A DNA stretch of 61,141 nt, counting the filler, from Bipalium vagum (taxonomy: Eukaryota): NCBI GenBank assembly GCA_037834085.1. It is 3 parts of 3 records of this genome, joined end to end, with 100 filler letters (N's around TTAATTAATTAA, not from the genome) between each part and the next. Parts side by side here need not be neighbours in the genome. Positions count along the whole stretch, not along the records: positions 1 to 17,612 come from JBBMKC010058855.1; 2 more parts are not named here. One strand, 5' to 3'. Below, piece after piece: positions 1-11,969 of this stretch. The notes beneath the pieces were generated by a model that was given only the letters and a program-made list of their open reading frames with translations, was not told where the DNA came from and did no database searches. The translations under genes and the position numbers were made by a program. Each line of letters opens with the position of its first letter. Position 1 is the first letter of the stretch.

Positions 1-73
1 TATATTATAAATCCAATAATATATGTATATAAAACAGTTGTATTAGCAATATTCACATAGAAATATAAATTAC

Positions 74-3000
74 CCAATTTGTTCAAGTAAACAACATTAG
101 TTTCTCCCCAAAAATGATTGTCACTAATCGCCCGAGGTCTTTTAGAAATGTAACAACCAAAATTAATTTTCAATGGAGTTACAAAATGTGTTTTAGGTAA
201 ATGAGCAGTATCATCATACCAGGATTTATTATAATCCAAATTTTCATGCATTGGAGAAAGGATGAAGTCTCCATCACCTTAACAGAATTATATTGTAATA
301 TAATTTATAATTATAGCTATATATAACTACGATCAAAAAGTAATATGAATTATGAAAAAAAAAATTCACTCAGACATTTTTTTAAAACAATGAAATGGGT
401 TGTGTTGGCATATGTATCATAGATATATATCTAATTTTGACTTTATTTGTTAAACCAATGAGAAGTTAAAATGTGTTATGTGATATTTATCTTTTTAGAT
501 GTCAAATTTTGTGGAACAAAGAAGCTATTAAATTTTGCATAAAAATGAAATCAAATGCTCGGAAGCATATAAAATGATGCAAAAAGCTATTGACAATTAA
601 TAATTGTCCCAAAAACAAATTTACAAATGGTAAAAAGACTTTAAAGAAAGACGCGACTCAGTGAACGACGAAGACCACTCCATCAACATCTGGTACTAAT
701 AAAATTATCAACCAAGTCAAAGAATAGATCACAAAAAATGCTCGATTGACTGTTAAAGAAATTGATGTAGATACTATAATATGGTATGGATCCTACCATG
801 CATCTTGACTGAAATATTGAGTTTAAGGCGTTTTGAAAAAATGAATCTTAAGGTGAGAATGTTACTGTTAATATCGATCGGTTTATACTCAGAATCAGAA
901 GACATTTTTAAAATAGATTTTATTAAGTGATAAAACAAATAATATTTAAACAAATTTTCTCAGATTTGAAAATTCCTTTTTTATTAAATTAAAAAAATTA
1001 GTTTTTAAAAAAATTTCATTCATACTTTTTAAATTTTTTTTGACTGTTTTCTTAGATTACAACGGATTGGTGCACTATGAATTTGTTCCACAAGATCAGA
1101 CAATCAATACAGAATATTATTTATTTGTCGATTACGTGAATCAATTCGTCTTTGGGAGATTAACACATGATAACGCTCAGTTCCATGATTGTCATTATTT
1201 TTTGGCAAAGAATTCAATTACAGTCGTTCCAAAACTACCTTATTCACAAGATCTGGCAACTAGCGACTTTTTTGTTCTCGAAATTCAAAATATCATTGAA
1301 AGAAAAGAGATTTCAAGTAATAGAGGAGATAAATAATTCGGTTGCACAGCGAATGTCCAATACAAAAATTTATTATCAAAGATGTTTTGATACTTGTTCA
1401 AAGAAAACTATCCTAAAAAATGGATATTTTAAAATTACTTTTACTTAACATTATCTTATATATAATTATTATTAAAATTATTATAAGCTGAAAACCCGAC
1501 AGTAAAAATATTAACAGAAAAATAAAGTTATTAATCTAAGTGAAGAATATAGATAAAATCAAAAATTGTGCTTTAATATAAAAGTTGATACTTTTAAAAA
1601 GTTGATACTTTTAAAGTTGATACAGTCTGATAGATTAAATTTTCCAGTACAAAAAATTAACACTTTTCTCAATCAAATAAATTTATATAGGCATCTGGTG
1701 GAAATGTTTCCTCTATAACTAAAAAGAATACATTCCTCACGTTCAGACATTGTCAGAAATGTTAATTTTTTTCAAAAAGTCAAAGATGTTGTTATTGAAA
1801 GTCAACATCAATAAGAGAAATTGCCCATCAACTATCGGTTTCTGAGTCAACAGTACGACGAAGGGTACACAATGATTTAAAATGCAAGTCCTACGCCATG
1901 AGAAGAAGACATTTTGTATCGGCAAAAAGCAAAGAAAATCGTTTAATCCGCTCGAATTGTCTTTTAAACAAAATCAAGCATCCTGATCATCCAAACATGC
2001 TATGGTTCTTTTCTGATGAAAAACCTTTTACTCAAGATCAAAAGGTTAATAGGAATAACAATCCCCAATGTTATGCACACCAAGTTTCCATCATCTTTAA
2101 TGATATTGGGTGTTGTCAGCAATGAAGGTCATGATATGCTTCCGTATTTCTTTCCACAGGGACTTGGAATTAATGAATCTATTTATATCGAGTGTCTGGA
2201 TACATATGTGAAGCCCTAGATTGAAAAAGTTGCCCACGGAAGGTCTTATGTGTTCCAAAAAGACTCCTTGTCATACAGCATTAAAAACACAAAAATTGCT
2301 ATGGCTAAATTTTAACGACCATGTCACTCAAAACTTATGGCCACCTGGCTCACCAGATTTAAATCCCTTGGACTATTACGTATGGGGCGTCGTAGAGAAG
2401 GAGACGAACAAACATCATCATAATATCAGAGATTCATTACGGGCTTTTATAAGTTCTGCTATAAATATGAACAGAAACCATTTGATCGCGACTTGTAAGC
2501 TTTTAAGAAGCCGTCTTGAAGCTGTAATTGACACTGAAGGCGATTTTATTGAATAAATAAAACTTGTGTACTTAAAACAAATAAAGTTTCTAATATTGCT
2601 TAAAAATATACATTCTTTTTTCATTTCAAATATCTAGCGCACCCTATATAATATAAATGTAATTTTTTACTGGACAATTTAATGTATCAGACTGGATATT
2701 CTGCCTCAAAACTATAAAAATTGGATTTTTTTAAGCTTACCAATTTTCATAAAATGAGTTATATGTTCTTTTAAATAGCCATTTTTATTTGATTTTAAGA
2801 CTTTAAAAAAAAGAATAATTCATTTAAAAACGGCCGAATTATTTCACACACATCTAAAATTAAAAGAAATCTGATCTGAAAAAATGTAAGTACCACTAAC
2901 GATCTGTGAACATTGAATTAGTATATCAAATCATATCACATTTTTCACTAGAAATATGAGATATCAATAAAAATGTAGAGACGTCTTTTAATACGTCTTC

Positions 3001-6000
3001 TATAATGAATTTCATACAATTTTTTTACGAATCTATATTTTTAAAAGAAAATTACTTTGATTTCCAAAAACTTGAATTAACTTTTTAAGTAGTGTGCTTG
3101 TTTAACTCGATATATCTTATCATTATTCATTTGATTAGCAAAAATAAAATATTTAGAAAACAAAAAATATATATATTAAATTATAGATTTCCTTGTCCTT
3201 TTTGTTGACACAAATTTGACCATTGGTAAAACAGTTCATTACAAATATTTGGCACAGTTTTATCGAAATTCAAAGGGAAATATGTGAATAGCACTACTTT
3301 TATCAATGAAATAGAAAAATATACAAAGTACAGTTTTTGTACAATAATTTTAAAAATTACTTACAATGACGGTACCTGATATATTTTATTTCATTTTGAC
3401 TGAAATATGCTTTACAATTTAAAACACGTTTCAGCTTTAAAACAGTGAAAATTTTCTTTGGTTTATTATTGATTTTATTATAATCAATAATTCAACAACG
3501 AAGATATATACAGGATTTATAGGTTTCAAAATATGGAAATCTTATTTTGTTTGACCAAGAAAATAATCTCTTTATTCTTAAAAATTAAAAAAATTTTAAA
3601 AAAATCTCTCTAACTAAATCTTCCGTAAAGATATTTCTTTGCCGTCATCGTTTTCAAATCGAAACTGATTTCAGTGGGAATATATTTGAAGCCGATATCA
3701 TTTTTACAAATCCTCAACATGAAACTCTGTCAAAGCAACAGAGTAACATTTTAAAATTGTTTTTAATAACAATCTCACTTGCCACGCGTTTCTATCTTCT
3801 TGGTTGTTCAATCCGTATTGATTATTAATTTCATGACCAAAGAAGTACAAAAAATTATCCATTTCTTTGACTTTAATGAAACTTACATCACCTTAACACA
3901 AATATGATATTCGAAATTTAAAAATCAAGAGAAAATATGATGATTTCTTATCATCACAAACATACTTGAAAGTACCCAACTCATTGCCGATGGCAATGTG
4001 AACAAATTCCTATATAACCGCCAATCAGAGTACAGCATTGTTGAGTTATTGTCAGGAACATCGGGGTTTTTCTTATCCGGCCTGTATAGGCCCCAGCCTG
4101 AAGCCACATATAAATCGTTATTGTCTCTGTATGTAACCACTGGTTCATCAACATATCGACCACAACTCATTAGGTTACGATCAATGTATTCAATGAATTT
4201 AAGACTGGTTCTATTCACCGTGAAAGCCTTTGGTAACAATAATTTCATTTTATCAAAAATGAGATAAAATTAACATAAAGATGTAAAAACTAAAACCTAT
4301 CAACGAGTGTCATTCAGTTTATGAAAAGACCGAAATTAAGTTTTTAAAATGATAGTTTTGTTATCTATTAGTACAACCATCTTGTCATTAATATATTTTT
4401 TGTAATTTTACTGAAAAGGTAAATAATTATTTACGAATTTAGCGTTATCATTTAACTATTTTTATACTGATGCAGTATTAAATATATTCAACACATCCTT
4501 GTTGATAAGTGGAACTGATAATAATCTACATATAATATAAAAAGTTTGTTTAAAATTATAATTCGCAAAAATTTAAATTTATTTATTAATTATAATTATG
4601 AGTAAAATTTAAATACAATCAAATCTCGTTACTATACCACTATTGTGTGACGGTTAAAAGGCACTAGTTGTGAAGTCTGTATTTGTGCGTGCCAGGGTCT
4701 AGCACGAGATGCTTCTCCAGATAACAACTACAAAAAGCCATTAGGGGCTCAGAGTGCTCGTCTGTCTTGATAACTTTGCTGACCACCCTTAGTGTTCCAG
4801 CTAAACAACATTTAACTATTCTTTTTCCCACCCGACACGACAGCCAACTCACAACCAATGAATCCAAGTATTATAGAGAACCTCAAACGCCACTACAAGA
4901 AGCTCCTGTTAAGCCAACGACTTGAGGCCATGGATGAGGGAAAGGAGTTCAAGTTTACGTTGCTGGACTCTTTACAACCAGGAACTGCTTCGCGAAGTTC
5001 AAGTTTATTGAAGAGGAGATTCAAACTGAGGTACAAAATGCAGAGCTGCGCGATATTTTGGAATCCTTGTCTGCCGAAGAATGGACGTACCAGAACGAGG
5101 AAATTGAGGTAACTGACTTTCTTAAAGGCGATGAGCGCCTCATGACTGACAGGTCTTTCACGTTTAATTAGAAGAGATGGTGTGCAGTGAAGAGTAGGTT
5201 GGAAGCGAATACGATGTTATAACTCTTGGGGAATAAGTCCATTGTGATGCAAGCGTGCGATCAGTTAGATAACAAGATACACTTGATTAGCCAAAAGGTG
5301 TGCTAGTTGACGATTCTTAAGAGTTTTGGGCTGATAAGTAACTTTAGAAAATAAATTCGTTTTTACAGACTCTCGTTTCTATACCATTCTTGCTCAGTCC
5401 TGACAGGTGGCATAGTAACGAGATTTGATTGTAAATAAAAATACTTTAATCTAAAATTCAGTAGTAAGCAATAATTTATTCAAAATAAAAGTAACTAAAA
5501 ATTCTGAATTGCATTATACAAATTGCAATTTTTTTAACAAATAGATGAATTAGTTGAAGAGATTCGACTTATATATAGAAGTCCTTTATCAAAAATAATA
5601 TTCAAATGATCAATAAAAATGGAAATCCTTATTCAGCCTTAACTTCCTTTCCGATTCATTTAATGAAAATAATTCAAAATAAAGATTCAGAATCATATTT
5701 TAGAAAATGTTACATAAATTACTAAAGATTACTCTAGGAAAAGATCCAAAAGTCCCGCACACCCACAGTCTATTATCATCTAAAAGTTCTACTGCTTTAA
5801 TAAAGCTGTTCATGCAAGTGTAATTCATAGTTTCCCAATCACCGCTAGGAGTATGGTAATTCCAATGTTGATAATCAAACGCGTCCTCTCTAACGGACTT
5901 ATCTTTGCTAAATTTTATGCATAAATTATGAATACCAAAATATGAAATTTATGATTAACTGTTCCTGTTTCCAATTAAGACAAGATTCAAAAGCATATGA

Positions 6001-6360
6001 TTTTGGAAATTCTGGAAAATTTAACGGCCAGCTTTCTGTTTTAAACTGGAATCCAATAGATGATCCGTTCATTATTCCAGATTCCCAAGCATATGTTTCT
6101 TCACAAATAAATTTGAACTGGGATTTACTACACATAAATGAGATGATGATAATACACTTACTTCTTTATCCACTATTTTATACTTAGCTAAATAATTTCT
6201 AAGTTATTAAAAGTAATTTATTGAAATATATTATTGAAATTACTTCCCACCAACATAAACCTCGTTTTCAATTTCTTTTATCATAGAAAAATCTAATTTG
6301 TAATAAATTTGTTGATTCAATTAAATATACAGTAAAAAATCTAACCTTTTGATAAAACAT
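74..6360 (-). CDS. Divergent Sema-domain protein (semaphorin/plexin family), multi-exon, partial at both ends
   Basis: Manually spliced GT-AG exons, all phase-compatible and stop-free: 6360-6346, 6292-6244, 6198-6162, 6117-5960, 5907-5733, 4227-3966, 3891-3779, 3726-3615, 277-74. The translation shows Sema motifs in canonical order: EVYVGGKNYL, CMNSFIKAVELLDDNRLWVCGTFGSFPR, SCGRYVDEP..DLYVASG, SWVLS-DVSFIKVKEMDNFLYFFGHE, SFMLRICKNDIG, FVTPLKINFGC, VYLNKL. The signal-peptide exon and C-terminal exons were not found in the window. Confidence 0.85.
320..1450 (+). mobile_element. Degenerate mariner (DD34D) transposon, in a Sema-gene intron
   Basis: Broken transposase from ~499 (MSNFVEQR..IKF..KCSEAYKMMQKA..QIYKW, HTH region) and ORF 1040-1336 with VFLDYNGLVHYEF, HDNA and PYSQDLATSDFF. 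Boundaries are approximate. Confidence 0.85.
1623..2694 (+). mobile_element. maT/DD37D transposon remnant (~1700-2646) enclosed by a separate ~36-bp TIR pair
   Basis: FFSDEK ... QKDS..CHTA ... WPPGSPDLNPLDYYVWG gives DD37D spacing after restoring one small indel. The maT-type end ctagcgcacccta is at ~2634-2646. Outer inverted repeats cagtctgatagattaaattttccagta (1623) and tactggacaatttaatgtatcagactg (to 2694). Confidence 0.85.
4616..5431 (+). mobile_element. Internally deleted pogo/Tigger-type DNA transposon, in a Sema-gene intron
   Basis: TIRs caatcaaatctcgttactataccac / gtggcatagtaacgagatttgattg flanked by TA. Remnant QPMNPSIIENLKRHYKKLLL matches the pogo DDE_1 C-terminal motif QPxDQGII..LK..Y. 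Confidence 0.85.
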
Positions 6361-6620
6361 CTGCAATGTAACAAATAATTAAATATAATATATAATACAT
6401 TAAAAAATAATAAAATATATTATATAATTCATTAACAAAGGTTACAAGAAGATTATTAAAACTAAATTGTTTTTTAATCAATTATTTATTTACATGCAAA
6501 AAATAAGATAATTTTAAATTTCTTTTAATTTAGATGTTATTAATGATGATGAAATTCCTTTAATTATAAAACTAAACAAATTTCAAAAAAATTTTTATAA
6601 TAATAAATATAATAATAAAG

Positions 6621-6651
<31 letters not shown>

Positions 6652-6879
6652 TAATAATAATTATAATATTGTTGTTAAAGATAATAATAATAATTATGAT
6701 AATGATAATAATTATGTTGTTAACGATGATGATAACGATGATGATAATAAAAGTATTTTTCTAGGATCTGTGGTAAGTAAACTTAAATATCCTTCATTAA
6801 ATTCAATGGATTGAAATTTCTATTTATATAATATTAAAGTATGTAAGTATAAGTTTTGTTTTAATATTTTAAAATTAGA

Positions 6880-8011
6880 TTTAACAAATACCGCTTGATT
6901 TGAAGTTAAGAATCAAAATTGTACTTTTAATGGCCGAATTCAAATCAATTTGTGTTGTTAAACGAAAATTAAATGCTGAATTTGGGAAAATATCACCAAG
7001 AGAAAGTGCTATAAGAGAGACTTTTCATCGTTTTGTGAGATTGGCTCGGTGGAAGATCGTGAACGTTCTGGAATACCAGCAATGACTACTGAAAATGAAG
7101 TTCAGAAAATGAGTGAAAGTGACCCAAAATGCAGTGTTCGATCTGTTGCAACCACCTGCTTCATTTCGCAAACCACAACCCATCGAATTATGAGAGAATA
7201 GTTATCATTGAAACCCTTTAAGGTCCATTTCACGAAGGAATTACATGAAGAGGATTTGCAAGACAAAGTTGAGATGTGCAAAACCCTAATTCCAATGATA
7301 GAAAATGTAGATATTCAGGAAAATTATTTTCAGATGAAGCAACGTTTTTCCTCAAAGAATTAGTAAATAAACATAACGTCAGATATTGGTCAGAAAGTAA
7401 TCCACGTGTTACTTTTGAAACTGATAGAAATTCCCAGAAGGTAAAAATTTGGTGTGCTTTGTCAAAAAATAAAATTATCGGTCCGTATTTCTTTGAATAT
7501 GAGATTGTTAATGGCCAAAATTATCTATCAATGCTTCAAGACTATTTTGTATTTAAGGTGAGGAAAATGTACAAAGTATGTTGTCTGGTATATCAGCAAG
7601 ATGAAGCTCCTGCGCATTTTCCGAACAGGTGGATTGGTAGAGGTGGTTCAATTTGATGGGCTCCACGTTCAGCAGATTGAACTTCTTTTGGCTTCTATTT
7701 ATGGGCCCATTTAAAGAATAAGATAAACAAACCTGAAATCAAAAATATTGACAATTTGAAAATAAAAATCACCGAAAAAATAAAATGTGTTAGAACAGAA
7801 ACTTTGAATAGCGTATTTTAAATATTGTAAAAAGGATGAATTTATGTGTATCAGTTAATGGAAATCATTTCGAACAATTGTTGTAAATATTTTTATTTGA
7901 AATAAAAATTTGAAGATTTGTCTTTAATTTTATAAAGCAAATGAATAAATATCTCAATTTGCTTAAGAAATATTTAAGTTTATTTTCCGCGGGGACTAAT
8001 GGGACACCCTT
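6880..8011 (+). mobile_element. rosa/DD41D-type Tc1/mariner transposon, degenerate
   Basis: FSDEATF, VNKHNVRYWS, IIGPYFF, QQDEAPAHF, RWIGRGG..WAPRSAD motifs; 3' end ggggactaatgggacaccct. A close relative lies at 32413-33232. Confidence 0.9.
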
Positions 8012-8149
8012 TATACAATAAAACTTTTCTTTAATTACCGAAACTTTGCGCACCGAAGGTTCAAGAGCTGAGGACTCGGGTTTCAAAAACGAAGTTTGCA
8101 TTTTTTATTATCATCAAAATTTAACAAATAAAAAGTGTGATATTTTTAG

Positions 8150-10350
8150 AAATTTCTTAATCATCTACAACGTCAACAAATATAAATAAAAATGGAAATT
8201 TAACTTTTACTTTATTGCAAATGCTTTAAATCTTTCAGAAGCATATATAGTTTTTGAAATAAAAATAACTGTTATAGATGCAAATGAAGATATAACTTTA
8301 GAAAATAACCTTTTCCCTTATTTATTTGATAATGCAACTTTAAATTAGGATCAACAGAAGTAGAAACAAATCAGTATTTAGGTATTTCTAATTCTATAAC
8401 GAATTTTATAATGATTGATAAAAATAATGATGGTAAATGGTAAAAAGAAAACAGATAAAGAAAATTAAGGATATAAACTATAAAAGAATTATATGAAAAT
8501 AAAAGTTTATAGGCCTGCTTCCATTAAAATTAATGTTTGAATTTTTGCAATTTTATAAAAGAGTGATTTATAATATGCAAGGAGAACTAAATTTTATGAG
8601 AAGAATAGATATAACTAAAGAAATATTTTTTGCAGTTGGTAATACGGAAATTAAATTAAACTATATGATTTTATTTTTTCCTGAATTAATTCTAAATCCT
8701 TCAACAGAATTAAATCTTATAAGTACCGAGTGCGTCGTATATTATATATATTAATATTAAAAGTCTCAAAAACAATGATCTATAAAATTAAATCAAACCT
8801 GGCAAGCTATGGCAGCGACTTGAAGCCCAGAAAAGCACGAAAAAGGACAGTAAGAACAAAAAAATTGATTGAAAAAGTCAAAAACAGGATACGTTATAAT
8901 CCTGTGAGGTCAATGCGCAAAATGTCCAATGAAATTAGTATTTCAGAACCTACAATGAGAAGAATTATTAAAGAAGACCTTAATTCAAAGTCAAGAGCAA
9001 TAAGGAAATGCCAGTTGCCAACTAATTCACTCAAAGTTTTCAGATTAGAGAAATGTAAGAAAATCAAGTCAATGATGAAAAAAATGAAAGGAGAAAATCT
9101 TGCTCTATTCAGATGAGAAATATTTTACTGTTGACAAAGTTCAAAACAGTAGAAATGATAGGTACATCACAGATATACCTGTGATAGATGTCCCAGATCA
9201 TATTAAAAGCATTTCCAGGTCAAAACATTCCAGATGGTTTTTTGGACTGGTGTTATCAGATGGTAAAAAAATGCCTCCAGTATTGTTTGACAAAGGTTTT
9301 AAATAAAATACTGAAGGTTATCTGAAAATTTTATAAAAAAATGTTCTCCCATGGGTTCGAGCCAACTATGAAGACATGGGAAAAGTCATTTTACCCAAGA
9401 TATAGCCCCATGTCATATCTCAAAGGCAACCCAAGCGTGGCTCAAAGAAAATATGAAATTCTGGGATAAATCAATATGGCCCCCTAGCTCACCTGATCTC
9501 AATCCTCTAGATTTATCAATATGGGCTTCTGTTCAGACAGAGGCCTATAAAGTACAGCACCCTAATTTGAAGTTCCTAAAGAAAGCTTTAACGAAGGCAT
9601 GGAACAATCTATCTAAGGAGTACATTCTCAAGACTTGCTCCAGATTCAGGTCCAGGGTTCAGGCCGTAATTGATGTTGATGGTGGTCTTTTTGAATAATT
9701 GTTTTATGTATGTATAATGTAATAAAATATATGTTCATATTTAGTTCTCAATAAAATTTTACTTCATAAATTTAATTCTTTTATTTGTGCATTTATTTCC
9801 GCTATTATGCGACGCACCCGGTAGAATAGATATTGGAAATCTATAAATGTTAATTTTTTATGTTGAACATTTGAGCAAAGAAATTTAATAGATGGTAGTA
9901 CAGAAACATTGCAATTATATAATATTCCTAATAAATCTATTTATTTATTTATTGCTTTTAGAGAATCAGATTTTGACTTTACAAAAAATAATAGTTTACT
10001 TAATCAGGATTAAATTAAATCTTTAAGAATTCAAGTTAACAATTCTTATTATCCAATGAATCCTATTAAATTTGAAAAAGGTAAAAATCATTTAACATAT
10101 TCGAATTATGAAAAAGCTTGTGAATATTTCAAAAATGCGAGCGAAGCTCTTAGAAGTTATACTTCCAATCCTCAATTAAGTTTTTTAGATTTCCAAAATT
10201 TATATTCTATATTTTATGTTGATTTAACAGATCTAGATAATAAAAATCAAATGCACACCCTAAAATTTGTTCTGATGGTTTATTATGTCTTTGTTCTATA
10301 TTAAACCTCTATTATGGCTGAAATATAAATATTGTAGAAGTTTTTACATT
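8150..10350 (+). pseudogene. Polinton/adintovirus-like major capsid protein (double jelly-roll) pseudogene, split by a transposon at 8726-9821
   Basis: Frameshifted translation: LNLSEAYIVFEIKIT, ITLENNLFPYLFDNATL.LGSTEVETNQYLGISNSI, PLKLMFEFLQFYKRVIYNMQGELNFMRR, PELILNPSTELNLIS|RIDIG, YLFIAFRE, IKSLRIQVNNSYYP, PQLSFLDFQNLYSIFYVDLT. This motif series is recalled from Polinton/adintovirus MCPs. Confidence 0.8.
8726..9821 (+). mobile_element. maT/DD37D transposon inserted into the capsid gene
   Basis: TIRs ccgagtgcgtcgtatatta / tattatgcgacgcacccgg with TA duplication (8724-8725, 9822-9823); motifs YSDEKYF, QDIAPCH, WPPSSPDLNPLDLSIW. Confidence 0.92.
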
Positions 10351-10571
10351 AGATTTTCTTGTTTTCTATTTCTATTTTATTTTCTGGAATATTTTTATTT
10401 TTTACAATTTTTACATTTATTCATTTTTGAATAAAATTTAGAAATAGGTTTTATTCGAGAACACTGTTAAAATGTTTTAAAATTTACAGCTTGACAATTT
10501 TCAGCAATGAAATTCGGATTCGCCATTTTTTAAAAAATAAAAATTGATGTTTTTATCACCTTTCAAAAATA

Positions 10572-11866
10572 TTAGGTGTACAACTATGACCCTGGCTTTT
10601 TTTTTAAATGATAATAAAATTTTGTTTGCATATATATCTAAATTATATTAAATTGATTTATAAACAAAATTATTATATAATTAATAATATAATGAGACAT
10701 TTGTTTTAATATTCTTTGTTTAAATATTATAGCGATTCAAAATGTCAATATTCATCATAAATAAACGAAATTTGTGAGAAGTAATTCTACATTACTTTAT
10801 TGCCAAGAAAACTGCAGCCGAAACGTACCGCTTGCTTCAAGATACCTATGGAGAACATGCTCCTTTGATGACTAAGATTGGTTTTCCGTTTTTGAATTGG
10901 CCAATATGATACGAAAGGACAAGGAGCATTGGAAGCCACAAAAAAATTTGAAGATAGAGATTTGAGAAGGCTGTTGGACGAAGACCCAAGCCAAACACAA
11001 TCTATTCTGGCTATCGCATTAAATGTGACTTAGTAATGCATTTCAAAACGTCTGACAGCTTTAAGAAGTATTCAAAAATTAGGAATTTGGATCCAACATA
11101 AATTGACAGAAAGATGCATTGAACAGAGAAAATTAATTTGTGATGTCCTTCTTCAGAAAGAAAAAAGGAAAAGTTTTTTTGCATCGAATTATCACAGGAG
11201 ACATAAAATGGATTAGTAATGACAATCCAAAACGCAAAGCAGTTTGAGTGATGCTAGGTGAACCAGGTCCATCAACACCGAAACAAAATGTCCACGGTTT
11301 GAAAGTTATGTTGTGTATCTGCTGGTATCAGAAAGGAGTGATCTATTATGAATTTCTAAAATCTTCTCAAACACTAACTGGTGAACTTTATTGATCACAA
11401 TTAATTCGTTTCAAGCAAGTTTTGAATGAAAAACTACCGGAATGGGTGACTAGACACGAAAAGATAATTTTACAACATGATAACGCAAGACCACACGTTA
11501 ATTCGGTTGTAAATAATTACTTAGAAGGTACAAAGTGAAAAATCTTACCTCACCCGCCCTATTCACTAGACATCGCTCTTTCGCATTACCATTTGTTCCG
11601 CTCTTTACAATCAGCACTTTCCGGAGAGCGGTTCAGTTCCCTTGAAGACCTCCAAAATTGGATTGACAGCTGAATTTCATCAAAAGAGCCAGAGTTTTTC
11701 TTTCATGGAATTCATTCGTTATCTGAAAGGTGGGCAAAGGTTGTAGCTTCCAATGAAACACATTTGCAATAAATGTTTTTCAATAAACTTTTTAATAATA
11801 AATGTCTTTGTTTTCTTCTTCTCATTATTATTAATAAAAAAGCCGGAGTCATAGTTGTACACCTAA
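10572..11866 (+). mobile_element. Full-length (1295 bp) but inactivated mariner, Mos1/mauritiana-like
   Basis: TIRs ttaggtgtacaactatgaccctggctttt / aaaagccggagtcatagttgtacacctaa with TA flanks. Transposase ~10742-11772 has stops and frameshifts but retains WIQHKL, ITGDIKW, LQHDNARPH, HPPYSLDIALSHYHLF. Confidence 0.93.
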
Positions 11867-11969
11867 TAATATTATATAAATTCTGATGATCATACTAAAA
11901 GACTATAAAAAAATTAAAATTTTGTTTAATTTAAATATTTTTTTTATTTGGTTTAGACGCAGTTTTGTT

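Noticed and set aside
1581-1623. Three tandem aaagttgatac units as a CRISPR-like or iteron array
   Set aside because: Short local duplication without unique spacers, in eukaryotic DNA.
3181-3380. Possible extra Sema exons (FTYFPLNFDK..)
   Set aside because: No phase-compatible, stop-free splice path was found; exon 3726-3615 joins exon 277-74 directly.
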